Source: Octopus sinensis (taxonomy: Eukaryota). From it: DNA of 64,000 nucleotides. The stretch's first letter is position 1, and each line of letters starts with the position of its first letter. This document shows positions 34,720 to 47,721 of this stretch, piece after piece. The translations under genes were made by a program, and so were the position numbers. The notes under the pieces were generated by a model, which saw nothing but the letters and a program-made list of their open reading frames with translations, ran no database searches and was not told the DNA's origin. The stretch spans positions 30,938,001 through 31,002,000 of the forward strand of contig NC_043009.1 of NCBI RefSeq assembly GCF_006345805.1, read 5' to 3'.

Positions 34720-34930
34720 ATCATCATCATCATCGTCATTGTCATTTAACATCCATTTTCCCTGCTGGCATGGATTGGACAGTGTGATGGGAGCTGGCAA
34801 GCCAGAGATCTGGACCAGGCTTCAAAAGACATGGTTCTATGGCTGCATGCCCTTCCTAAAGCCAACTACTTTACATAATGTAGAGGGTGCTTTTTACGTG
34901 GCACCAATATGGATGTGTTATTTGTGGCAC
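34720..34930 (-). mobile_element. Family C retroelement
   Basis: (CAT)n followed by TTTAACATCCATTTTCCCTGCTGGCATGG...TGCCCTTCCTAA.GCCAAC. Confidence 0.7.
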
Positions 34931-36309
34931 TAACTTGGGTATTATTTACAAAGTGCCAGCCCATGTATGAGAGTGCTTGAGCTTCCTTTAAACTGTGACA
35001 CTTTTAAACTGCAAAAGACAAAATAAGAAAATATCTTTGGCAATAACAGATTTAATTATAAAAAAAAAATGAGCTGCTTTTTGGAATCAATGCAGATTAA
35101 ACAGGGGGAAAATAAGTGAAACAGCATCAGTAAAATGATGTTTAAATATAAGAATATTTGAATATTTGGCATTTAACAAACTTGTACTATTTGTTCAAAC
35201 ATGAACAAAAAAAGTATCTGAAGCTTAAATTAAGATTAATGAAAAGACTTAAATAGCATCTAATAATATCGGTTTTTGTATTTCTTTCTTGCATAGCAAA
35301 CTGTTCTGTCACAAAAGTGAAAACATTGTGGATACATTTTGTTCAATAAGCAAAAATTAATTACTGTGTGATAACATACAGAACAACAATACAAAATTTA
35401 TGTCAAAAATATTGTTCAATATTCACAATATTTAGAGATGTTTTTGTGTGAGCATTTATTTAAAACTGTCTCAGTGAAGTTGCTAAATGCAGAATGTCTG
35501 TTAAGATTGTAGGTGTCTTTGTGTGTGTATGCATCATCATCATCATTGTCATCATCGTTGTGGTCATCATCATTGTCATCATCACTGTTATCATCACTGT
35601 CATCATCATCATAGTTATCTTTGTCATCATCGTATAACTGTCCTCATTCTCTAATGTTTGTTTCCCATGTTGGTACAGGTTGGGTAGTTCTGATAAGATC
35701 CAGCAAGCTGCAGGGCTGCTTTGAGCTCCAGCCTCTGTTTTGACCCACTTTCAATAGCTGGATGTCCTTCTTAATGCCCATCCCTTTGCAGTGTGTACTA
35801 GGTACCATTATTTTCATGCCACTGGCACTAGTGAGCTTGTCAAGTATGTTACTAGATAGAAAAAGAGCAAGGAAAAGAGAAAAAGCCCTGATGACAAAGT
35901 GGCAGGGGAGTATTTGAGACTGGGGTGTAGCTTCCTTGGCAAATGTTGAGAGGTTTAAAGTATGATAGGGAGACAGGTAAAGATGTCTTGCTATAGAAGA
36001 AATACATAGCAAACCCACATTATATAAAGGTGGATAGGAATAACTGGGAAGAAGGTAAAGCTGGTAACAACAGGGTGCTGGGGCAAGCTGCCAAGGTACA
36101 AGAAGGTGAGCATAAAAGGGATAGAGACAGTGGATCAGAGGGGAAAGCGGAGAGGGAATTATTATGAGGGTGTGAAGGGAAAATAACAGATGTTTAGAGA
36201 TGGAGGTAGTATCTGTGTGCAAATTTACAGTATAATTATAGTTAGATGCTTTACCATTCAAATATCCAGAAATTTAACTGACAAAAGCCTGGTACTATCT
36301 TAGAAATTT

Positions 36310-36690
36310 TCATCATCATCAACATCATCATTTAACGTCCGTTTTCCATGCTGGCATGGGCTGGACGGTTCAACTGGGGTCTGGGAAGCCAGGAAGTTGC
36401 ATGAGGCCCCAATCTGATCTGGCAGTGTTTCTACAGCTGCATGCTCTTCCTAACGCCAACCATTCCAAGAGTATAGTGGGTGCTTTTTATGTGCCACTGG
36501 CACAGGGGCCAGAGAAGCTGGCGTCAACCATGATTGGATGGTGCTTTTTACATGCCACCAGCATGAAAGCCAGTCAAAGTGGCACTGGTGTCAGCTATGT
36601 TTGGATGGTGCTTTTTACATGCTACCGGCATGGGGGTTCCCAACTACAATTTCCATTTGATTTGATATTGATGTTGATGTACTTGACTCA
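36310..36690 (-). mobile_element. Family C retroelement with GTGCTTTTTA(C/T)(A/G)TGC sub-repeats
   Basis: Same consensus as 6688-6900. Confidence 0.75.
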
Positions 36691-36734
36691 ATAGTTCTCC
36701 TCAAGCATGGCATATACCCCTACGATCCAAGATA

Positions 36735-36875
36735 CGTTTGAGTGGCGCTGATGTAATCTCCAGGGATACAGGCATCCAGCAACAGGACCTCCGTAATGCT
36801 ATGATGGGCCATGAAGTCTGGCGTAGCATGGTAAATTCCATTGTCTCGACCACGGTTGAATAATGATGATGATGG
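36735..36875 (+). mobile_element. RTE LINE extreme 3' end
   Basis: DVISRDTGIQQQDLRNAMMGHEVWRSMVNSIVSTTVE followed by TAATGATGATGAT tail. Confidence 0.7.
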
Positions 36876-37611
36876 GGCTGGTTATTCGACACAAGTGTAG
36901 GTTCATCAGCACACTTGAATATCATATCAGAAGAGCTGCTAAATATTCTTAACTAATTGATTCAAACAAGTCATGTGACTCAAATGGAATACTCACAGGA
37001 ATATTTACATACATGCACATCCACGCACATACACACATAAATATATAAATATGATGTGGGTAATAATTTTGACTTGCATTTATTTGAATCTATGTGTTAC
37101 TCATTATTGAAGGCATGTTAAAATAGAATATGGGTAAAAAAAGACACAATAGGGAACTGGACATGATCCAGCAGTTCTTTCAAAGCCACTCACTTGATAA
37201 TGTGCAGTTATGTTATCTATTGTTAGATAACAGCAACTAACAGCTGTTATCAATGCACAGAAGCAATCATTGTGATTTCTGACTAAAGCCAGTTCATTCC
37301 ATCTACTTGTTTGATAAATTTATATGCACACACACACAAGTGTATGTATATATATATATATATATATATATTTATAGAAGTTTTAGAACAGCTTTTAGTA
37401 AATATGTTTGTGAGTTTCTGATTGTTTTTACAAATATGCTTCCAGCCAATTCGATTAAAGCTAATAATTGTTGTAAAAGTCCATTTGGGTGTGAGTAATG
37501 ATGTTACTCACAATTATGTATTGCCATGTTTGTCAAATGTAAATGTGTGTATATATATATATATATGTGTGTGTGTGTATATATATATGTGTGTGTATAA
37601 TTTTTTGTTTT

Positions 37612-37968
37612 TATTTGTTTCAGTTTTGTTGACTGCAGCCATGCTGGAGCACTGCCTTTAGTCGAACACATTGACCTCAGGACTTATTCTTTGTAAGCCT
37701 AGTATTTATTCTATCGGTCTCTTAGCTGAACCGCTAAGTTACACACCAATGTTGGTTGTTAAGCGATGGTGGTGGGGACAAACACACATACACACAAACA
37801 TATATATAAATATACGATGGGCTTCTTTCAGTTTCCATCTACCAAATCCATTCACAAGGCTTTGGTTGGCCTAAGGCTATAGTAGAAGACACTTGCCCAA
37901 GGTGCCATGCAGTGGGACTGAACCCAAAACCATGTAGTTGGTAAGCAAGATACTTACCACACAGCTAC
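37612..37968 (-). mobile_element. Family B SINE
   Basis: Reverse complement of the family B consensus from tail to head. Confidence 0.85.
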
Positions 37969-37969
37969 T

Positions 37970-38012
<43 letters not shown>

Positions 38013-38391
38013 GCATATATATATATATAATAATAATAATCATAATAATAAAGAGTAAAATTAATTAATTAACTAGTAATTAATAATTCCACCAAGTAGT
38101 ATTCGGCATGTTAAAAGGACCATTTATCGGTAAACTTAAACAATATTTTATAATTATGAATATAATTGTAATTAGGATTCAGCAAAAATTTGCTTTACCA
38201 CATATCAAACTTTAGAAATAGCAGCCAGAGAAACTTAACTATTTCTTCTACTATAAGAAGAAACTCCCAGACAATAAAATACTCAAAATAACCCACATAG
38301 ACAGAGAGGAAAAATAATGAAATTCACTCAGTATTTGATTACCTGTGGATGGAGAGGGAATTGCCAACAGCATGTGTGTAGCTACATTGCT

Positions 38392-38755
<364 letters not shown>

Positions 38756-39774
38756 CTACATATATATTTACTCATAACTCTGGGCTATTGCTTGAAACAC
38801 AAGCCAATATGCAGATAATTCAACCTTATGATGTCATCTGCATTAATCAGGGGACATACAAGGTTAACAATGCTATATCACATAGCAGTAGCCTATTATC
38901 TTCATCTTATTGTTACCCAAGAAACTGATATCTGAACACAGTTCTATACTTTAAATAAATTTATGCATGATAATGTAATTGAGTTTATTAGATGTTCCTT
39001 TTAACTAACCTCACAATCTCTAACCTAACCAGGAAGGTTAAAAGGGGATTTTGTGACATTTATGCCTTATCAAAGAGCCTAAGTAGCAGTGTACATTACA
39101 ATAGGTCAAAAAGTCGACTTTCTGAAAATTTATTTATTACTTAATGCTATTCACCATTTCTTAACTTTAATATTATCATTATTTAACATTTTGAAAGAAA
39201 CTGTCCCAAAACACTTGGAATTGTCATAAGATACAAGCAACAGCTGATCTTAGAATTACTAATTGGTTTCCTTTGGTTATAGAATAACCATTCTTTATTT
39301 CTGACTGTGAGTCACAGACATATGAAGGGCTGACATTCAATGAGCTGTCTTGTTTGGTACCGAATAGTTTCTTAATTAGGCACTTTTACTAATATACTTC
39401 ATACAATCAATAGTGCTGAAATAAATTACTGCTAAGGCAGTTTAACTTTGAAATAACCTAAATCTGGTTGCTGCCATTACAATGCTCTTTGCTGCTTTTT
39501 TCTTTTTTTTTATTAATTTTATTGTACATCCACTACAACCTAACCTTGTTAACATGTTAGCATAACTGACAGGAAATCTCAACGAAATCTTACAAGAAAT
39601 CTTGTTTGTGTTTGCTTCATTATTCTAAATAGGACTTTTGTCACTGTATCAATCAAATCTATTATATCTTCTTCTTGTTGATGATGATTATGAGGAGGAG
39701 GAAGAGGATGGGGGAGGAGGGGAGGAGGAGGAGGAGGAGAAGAAGAAGAAGAAGAAGAAGAAGAAGAAGAAGCC

Positions 39775-40215
39775 TTTCAGCTAACAGCACAGGACCTGAA
39801 ATTTGGTGGCGGGGAGATAAGTCGATTAAATCAACCCTCGTGTTTTGCTGGTACTTAATTTATTGACCCCTAAAGGATAAAAGGCAAAGCTGACCTCAGC
39901 AGAATTTGAACTCAGATCATAAATCCCACTAAACATTTTACCTGGTGGTGCTAATGATTCTGCATACCTGCCATCTTTTTAATAATAATAATAATAATAA
40001 TAGTTTCAAGTTTGGCACAAGGCTGGCAATTGCAAAGGAGGGAACAGATTGATTACATTGACCCTAGTATTAAACTGGTACTTATTTTATTGCTCCTTAA
40101 AGGATGAAAGGTAAAGTCAATTTTGGAAGAATCTAAAATTAGAACATAAGGACGAGCAAAATGCTGCTAAGTGTTTTGCCCAGCATTTCAGCAGTTCTGC
40201 CAACTTACTGCCTCA
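39775..40215 (-). mobile_element. Two family A SINE copies separated by (AAT)n
   Basis: Reverse-complement family A motifs, twice. Confidence 0.75.
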
Positions 40216-40517
40216 GTAGCAATGATGGCCACACCCATCGAAGATGATGTATGAGTGTTCAGATTTTGCTGAACAACCTGCACAGGTGATTCGTTTTAGA
40301 GGGATCGAATGTTCATGGTACACATTAGCTCACTCTCACCATCAAATCAACGTTGTCTGAACAGGTGTGCCAAACGACAGGTGTCAAAGTGATCACAGAA
40401 TAACGTGAAAGGAAGTGTTTTGCACAAGAACACAATGCATCACTCAGTCAAGGAAGTGAAACCATGATCACAACATCATGAATGCAACACCCTCACCACT
40501 AATCTATGCACCCTCAC

Positions 40518-40549
<32 letters not shown>

Positions 40550-40589
40550 TAATAATAATAATAATAACATACCCTGCTTATGCTGTACA

Positions 40590-40905
40590 TGGCATAGGAT
40601 TTCATGGCTTCTGATCTTAACTGATTGGAAGTGTTATCATGTGCATGTTTTGTCTTGGTATAAAAGATGGGCTACAGCAAATATTCTGCTCAATACTATA
40701 GATTTGCTTGTCAGTTGTTTGACCTTAATCAGTTGAGCATGTCCCTTGGTGGCTGACAATATGTACATCTCTGATCACGAGCAGAAGAAGTGGGGGAGCA
40801 TCATAGCCTTGTGTTGAGAGAAATTCTTTGGGGTTTGAATAAGTCACCTCTGGAAACCTGGGTGATTCATTCAACATCCTTAAACAACCCATATTTAGGG
40901 ACCTC
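40590..40905 (+). mobile_element. Family D SINE-like repeat, 5'/central part
   Basis: Reverse complement of 31300-31590. Confidence 0.7.
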
Positions 40906-41019
40906 ATAATAATAATAATAATAATTATAATAATAATAATAATAATGTTAATAAGGCAGTGAGCTGGCAGAATTATAAGTCTATTGGTAAAAATCCTCAT
41001 CATCATCCAGTGTTTTAAA

Positions 41020-41370
41020 TCCAGGTTTTTTCCCTGTTATCAGGGGTGGCCAGATCTACCTAATGCCATAGCAACTGCCCTCACACCAACTCGCATGGTT
41101 TTGGGTGTCCTCCTTTTTCAAACCAACCCTCCTAATCTCCTCCTCCACCTTTTCCTCAGTCTACCTCACTTTCGTGCTCCATTTACCTTAAATGCAATCA
41201 CCCTCCTCAGAACATACTCTTCATCCCTCCTCACTCCATTCACCCTTGCCAACCATTCCACCAATTCCTCCAACCCCAACATTTCCATCAAATCCTCAGT
41301 CCTCCTCTTATCAAACAGCTTCACCCCACACATTCCTCTCACCATTGCTTTCTTATTCTTTTTAAGGTTC
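41020..41370 (-). mobile_element. RTE-clade LINE 3' fragment
   Basis: RGMCGVKLFDKRRTEDLMEMLGLEE..RRDEEYVLRR..EEEIRRVGLKKED matches the RTE C-terminal region. Confidence 0.7.
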
Positions 41371-41379
41371 TTTAAGTTC

Positions 41380-41519
41380 TGTGTTCAAACCCTATCCAGT
41401 TCAGATTTGCATTTTCATCCAGGATTGAAAAAATAAAGTACCAGTCAGATATTAGGGCCGATGTAATGAATAAACTTCTACCACTTAACATTGCTGCCCT
41501 TGGGCTTAAATCAGAAACA

Positions 41520-41578
<59 letters not shown>

Positions 41579-42370
41579 TATTATTATTATTATCATTATT
41601 ATTATTATTGTCATCTGATGAGTCCCCCTCCACCAAAATTCCAGGCCTTGTGCTTATAACAGAAATGATTATTATCATCATCATCATTATCATTCTGATT
41701 ACCATCACTATCATCATCATTATTATTATTATTACTAAGGTAGCATGCTAGCAGAATTGTTTCCTCACCAGACAAAATGCTTAGCAGAACTTCTTCTGAC
41801 TCTTTGTATCCTGCCTAGGTCGATTTTACCATTCTTCCTCTGAGAGTCAATAAAATAGGCACCAGATGAGCACTGGGGGTCGATGTAATTGACTCAGCCC
41901 CCCGCCCCCCCGAAAAAAAGCTGCTGACCTTATGCCATAATTTGATGCCGTTACTACGATTGTGGTTATTTCGATTGGCTGGATCATTAGGACATCAGAC
42001 AAAATGCCTTTGTTTTATTCGTCCCATTTCTTTGTGGTCTGAGTTCAAACCCAACTTTGCCTATCGTTCCTTTGGGGGTCAATAAAGTAAGGTAGCAGTC
42101 CAATACTTTGATCAGTTTTTTTCATGAATACATCTCCCGACTTTCAGGCCTCATTTGGCCCAAATTAGAAACACAAGACAGGGAAATTGGAAGAATTAAG
42201 GGTATTTTTTTCAAGTTGTTTAGATTCTGAGTTCAAATCCAACAAAGGTCCATTTTGCCTTCCAATCTTTCATGGCTAATAAAATAAGTACCAGTTAAGC
42301 ACACTAGTCAATGTAGTTGGCTTTCTTTCCCCTTAAAACTGCTGGCCTTGTGCTAAAATAAGAAAGATTT
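41380..42370 (+). mobile_element. Cluster of at least four family A SINE copies or fragments with (ATT)n spacers
   Basis: Repeated GAGTTCAAA, AATAAA(A/G)TA(A/G)G(T/C)ACCAG and GGCCTTGTGC motifs. Confidence 0.7.
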
Positions 42371-44089
42371 ATTAATAATAGTAGCAGTTGTATTAGCATT
42401 AGTAACAGCAGTAATTTTAATAATAAAAATAGCAGCAGTAGTAGTAGTAGTAGTAGTAGTAGCAGCAGCTGCAGCAGTGGTAGTAGCTTCAGCAGCAGCA
42501 GTAGCAGTAGTAGTAGTAGTAGTAGTAGTAGCAGCAGCAACCACAACAAAAACAATGTTAATGTGGAAGAATAATTCTGTTTTGCCAAATCCAGGTGAGT
42601 AATCATTTAGTTTTTTTTTTTCCTTTGACTCAATCTATGGCACAGATTTTGAAGGAAAATATTTTTGAAAGACACAGCCTCACAAAATCAACAAAGGAGT
42701 CTTAACATCGATTTTCCTGTTGAATTCAAAAAATTCTGAAAATCCAAAAACATAACAATTCCAAAGTCTTTATCAAAACAGTGTTGCTTCTATTTCTCTA
42801 TAAAACGGGCAGCAGCATAAAAGAATAAGCATTGCATTGCATTTTTGGAATTTTCTCATTCTCTCTCTCTCTAATCAAAAGAATGAATCCATGTAAAGAT
42901 GGTAATAGGCAGCAAGATACAAAAAAATAATTGTTGATTAACTAAAAACGTATTTTTTACAGATATTTCCAATTAAAATCACTTCATTCTTGAGAAATTT
43001 GTAGAATTCTGTTATTGGTTGGCAAAAATAAAATAACTTTTAGCAGTAGAATTTGACATTGCAACATATATTCAAATAAAGGTGGGTGAAGATTTAGAAA
43101 AGCGTTAATATATTTATATCTTTGGTGGAATAATAGGCACTAATGTTGGTTTGCAACCAACAAATATACCGTAATTGGTATTTATGTAAAAAGTTGTTCG
43201 TAGAAGAGATATAGAAATTTTATGTTGGACATAAATTGGACACTTAATGAAGATAATATTTTCTGAAATGAAGTCGTGTACACAAGAAAATAGACTTTCA
43301 TTATTAACTTTTACAATTAATTGTGATCAAAGTAGTGAAATGGCAGAAACAATGCAACTTCAGACAACAATGTTGTGCAGTATATGTGCTGGCATTTTGC
43401 AGTCAGAGTTCAAATCCAGTTGAAGTCAAATTTAGTTCTCAACCCACCCACTCACCCACATAAACTTCAAGTCCATTACCGGGGCTGATGTATTTTCCTG
43501 CATCTCTATTAGAAATTACAATTAATAATTAATAAATATTGTCATTAATAATTATTAGAGATTATTCTGAATTGCAACTAAGTGTTGGAAGAAGAAAGCA
43601 CCAGAGAAACAACACAGGGCCAATTAAATTAAGGGAAGAGTATAGACACGTTTGCCTAAATTTTAAACATTTATGAAGATATAGGTATTAATCCAAATTC
43701 TAATAAAAGGTTGTATTGTTCGTGAAAAAAACACATGAAAGAATTTACCTTAAAATGTGAGAACGGGGCAATGAAGATATAAGTTCCTCATAGCTGATTT
43801 TAATATAATGGTATTTTATATATCAAAATGGTCAGGCATCAATTTGCAATACTTGTAGAGAGCCATCTTGAATGAATAGTGATGTTAAATAGGGTTCTGC
43901 AAAAATAGCTGAAACCCTATTAGTAAGGGACTATAAAGCCCAGGTATATATCTTTTGTACTTGTGGTTCCTCTTTATATAAGCCTCAAAATTTTAATAAA
44001 CTTTCCATTAGGCTTATTTGACCCACTAAATCTGATCATGGGTGCATCAGTAAGTGCATTATAAACCTGATTATCCTCATAGCAAAAAG

Positions 44090-45650
44090 TAAGGTGAAAC
44101 TTTTCCTTTGACACAGTACTGGTGATGACCTCACCAGGTTTCTCAACTTCATAGTAAATCGAATATTTACTTCTTACTGCTTGATATTTTTATGTTCTAC
44201 TCCTCCATATCCCCCATTCTATTAAATGATGACCTAATTTCACAAGAAAAGTCACACCCCTTTCACAGTCAGACATAGACATTATCTTAATGGCTCAAAA
44301 AGCCCTCCTCGCTTTTAACCACAAAAACTGGTCCTGAAATTCCACCATCAGCTACATTGTTGTCATCATGGGCTCTTCTCACTCTGCTCAAGTTACCAAA
44401 CTAGTGTGTCTTTTACTACTATCACAAATTAATGAGCAATTCCCTCACCTCTCTGGGGTCTATAGAGGGATGACACTCTTCTCACAGCCACAAGGATGTC
44501 AAAGCCATTGATCGTATCTGGAAAGCCATCTACAAGTTTTCCATAAACCATAACCTTGCTCTCTGTTTTGAAAATAGAACTAAAGTAGCAGCCAATTTTT
44601 GGTCATTACTCTTAAAATCTATCATTTACTGTCCTTACTATAAGCCCCACAAGTCCTTACAATACATCAAAGTCCATTCTAATCATCTCTGATCTGTTTC
44701 AATATCATGATTAAAAGAATTTCCATTAGGATTTCCAACCTATCGACCAATGAAAATATTTTTGATAATCAAGATCCTTGCTAAAAGCAGGCCCTCCACA
44801 ATAGCCATTTCCTTAAGAAGCTCTCCAATATTCTCAATACTAAACTAAAAATCAAACTAGAAATTCTCTTTCTTGCAGCAAAAGAGAGCCATCTCACCAA
44901 GTTTACCCCTATCTCAAGTCCATCAAGCATTTTCCAGTACATTTCTCTAGGGAACAACACAAGCCAAATCTGGGGCAGAATAAATTTCAAGCACTTCTAG
45001 CTAACTGGAACAACCTCACACATGGTCCTCGTGTTTATAGGGGTAGAAAATGTGATATCTTATGGTTTGCATCCTTGTTCTCCCTTTAACACCAAAACTG
45101 TTCTTAAAAATCCTCAACTCTTATTTCCTATCTCAGCATAAGTACTACTCTATTTTAATAAATCTTCCATAAAATTTCATACTCCCCCATCACCACCATC
45201 CAAAACCTTGCATCTGTTAATGGCCATTTGTAGTAGGTAAAAGCTTGGCGAACTAATTACAGGCCCAGAGAATCAGTAAGCGTGCTTCCACCCTAACCCT
45301 ATGAATGGTAAAACTTTACCCTGGACAACTACATGTTTACCTTAGTAATCACCTGAACACACCTAATCCTAACCCCTAAAAGTAGCATCATTAGGACCAG
45401 TAACTATGATGAAACAAATTCAAAACATTATGCCCCTTCCTTAGAGACACACATTAAAGCCAGACTTGTTTTTTGAAGCATCATACCAATGGCACATCAT
45501 CCAACAATGCCTTGGATGTGTTAGACTCTGCTGTTGGCCTTTAAAGTAAAGATTTTTCTAGTGTGAGTTGCCTTGGTTCCAGAATTATTAACATCCATGA
45601 CAACTACTGTGGACTTGATCCACAATAAACATAAACCCAACTTACCCTTC
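44090..45650 (+). mobile_element. Penelope-like element relic: RT, linker and probable GIY-YIG
   Basis: LLDIFMFYSSISPILL; DIDIIL..QKALL; VIMGSSHSAQVTKLVCLLLLSQI; YR(G)DD; IKRISIRISNLSTNENIF; DILWF; HKYYSIFNKSSIKISYS. These match PLE RT and linker motifs (FDI..FYPSI, TMGS.DGAEVCELVGL, RDD, ISXRISXLSS, IIWFNPP, IFN....KISYS). Many stops and frameshifts. Confidence 0.8.
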
Positions 45651-45751
45651 CCTCAATATGCTAATCCAATCCACCCTAAAAAACAGTGAATTTAATAGCC
45701 TTGCTTCGACCTATAAGATGAATGATATTTATCATCCTCATATACATATAT

Positions 45752-46153
45752 AGGCGCAGGAGTGGCTGTGTGGTAAGTAGCTTGCCAAACAACCACATGG
45801 TTCCGGGTTCAGTCCCACTGCGTGGCATCTTGGGCAAGTGTCTTCTGCTACAGCCCCAGGCCAACCAATGCCTTGTGAGTGGATTTGGTAGACGGAAACT
45901 GAAAGAAGCCTGTCGTATATATGTATATATGTATGTGTGTGTGTTTGTGTGTCTGTGTTTGTCCCCCTAGCATTGCTTGACAACCGATGCTGGTGTGTTT
46001 ACATCCCCGTCACTTAGCAGTTCGGCAAAAGAGACTGATAGAATAAGTACTGGGCTTACAAAGAATAAGTCCCGGGGTCGATTTGCTCGACTAAAGGTGG
46101 TGCTCCAGCATGGCTGCAGTCAAATGACTGAAACAAGTAAAAGAGTAAAAGAG
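45752..46153 (+). mobile_element. Family B SINE, full length, young-looking
   Basis: Retains many CpGs; near-identical to 4223-4622 and 52020-52408. Confidence 0.9.
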
Positions 46154-46436
46154 TATATCAAATGTGTATTCTATACACATAATGCAGACACTTCTGGCTG
46201 TCTCTCTGTATGTATATGTTAGTGTGTGGAGGCAGGTTGGTATAAACATGTGTACATGTATGTATTTATATATGTGAGTATGTGTGTGTATCTCTTTCTC
46301 TGTAATGCATACATACATATATATATATATACACACACACACACATATATAGTGAAAATTTTCAGAAAAACAAGACGAAGATGGGTGTGTAAAAAACAAA
46401 CAAATGTATTAGTTTAACACTCAGGAAGTGAGAAAA

Positions 46437-46475
46437 TCTTTTACGTTTCGAGCCTATGCTCTTCGACAGAAAGGA
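46437..46475 (-). ncRNA. Variant minimal hammerhead-like motif (CUGUCGA core)
   Basis: CCTTT-CTGTCGA-A-GAGC-ATAG-GCTC-GAAAC-GTA-AAAG: perfect 4-bp stem II, ACGT palindrome, GUA triplet, 4-bp stem I. Core A6 is U. Confidence 0.5.
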
Positions 46476-47480
46476 ACACAGAAATAAACAGAGAGAGAAT
46501 AATAAAAAAAAGGTTTAGTGGCTAGTGATCAATCATGGTGAAACACATATACTTACACACACACACACATATGTATGTATGCATGTATAGATAGACAGAC
46601 AGATAGAAAAATAAGTAGGCACCCCCTATCATATATATAGGGGGAGGGGTGTCTGCAAAAGCCTACACAATTTGTGAAATCTTTCTCCAAAGGTTAGTGT
46701 CTTTCAACTTTCTAAAAAGGTTCTTTTATCAATCACAACTCTTTGAGAAAAAATCTTCTCTACAAATATTATAACTATATCAAGGAATTTCCAAAACACT
46801 CCAAATATATATACATATATAAATATATATATATATATATACACAGACATTTGGAAACACATTAATATGTACATATCATAATGTCATGTTATTCATGTTT
46901 GTTGGTTGAGAGCAGTTACAAAGTCTTTGGGTTACCCTGACCTTTTCCTGCAGATAATATATGCTAGAATATCAGGATTAGAGAACTGATAGCATTAAAA
47001 ATTAATTGATAAAAAATACTAAAATTGTTCATAACCACTCTTTCTCTTTCTCCTCTGTCTCTTTCTCCCTCTCTCTCATCTTCTTTTTCTATTTCCTCTT
47101 ATTTCTATTCTTGACCATCATTATCTAACATACCTTCGCTTTCTGGAGGTTCTAATTGTGTATTCAAGTTTGGCATAAATTTAGATATTAACATGTGTTT
47201 TTTGAAGATTTCTGTCTCTCTGCAAGGTTATTTAAGTTCTTCCTATACTTTCTTATATTTTTATATATAAACTGAATCATATATATGTTTAGATTCATTT
47301 TGTATATGGTGTAATCTTGCGCATTGCTAGCCTCTCAAGTCTAATAATACCTCATAATCTTAATTACCTCACATTGGACAGTAATCTTAGCAAACATTAT
47401 CATCATCATCATAATTTTACATGTTTACATTGATCAGCTCAGCTGAAGTTTTTTATTACTTTCCTATTGCAAATATATAT

Positions 47481-47512
<32 letters not shown>

Positions 47513-47662
47513 GTATGTATGTATGTATGTATCTATGTATATATATATATATGTATGTACATATGCATATACATATTATTTATATTATTATTTGATTAAA
47601 CGCCACACATCCATTTTCAAGGAGTTTATCTTAATATTTTTGATGCAACTCTACTCTTTACT

Positions 47663-47721
<59 letters not shown>

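Noticed and set aside
43035-43380. Long semi-open plus-strand frame (EFDIATYIQIK...MQLQTTMLC)
   Set aside because: Four stops and poor splice sites; not distinguishable from chance in AT-rich DNA.
45285-45380. CCCTAACCCT / CCTAACCCCT telomere-like words
   Set aside because: Only isolated units, not an array; too short to call an interstitial telomeric repeat.
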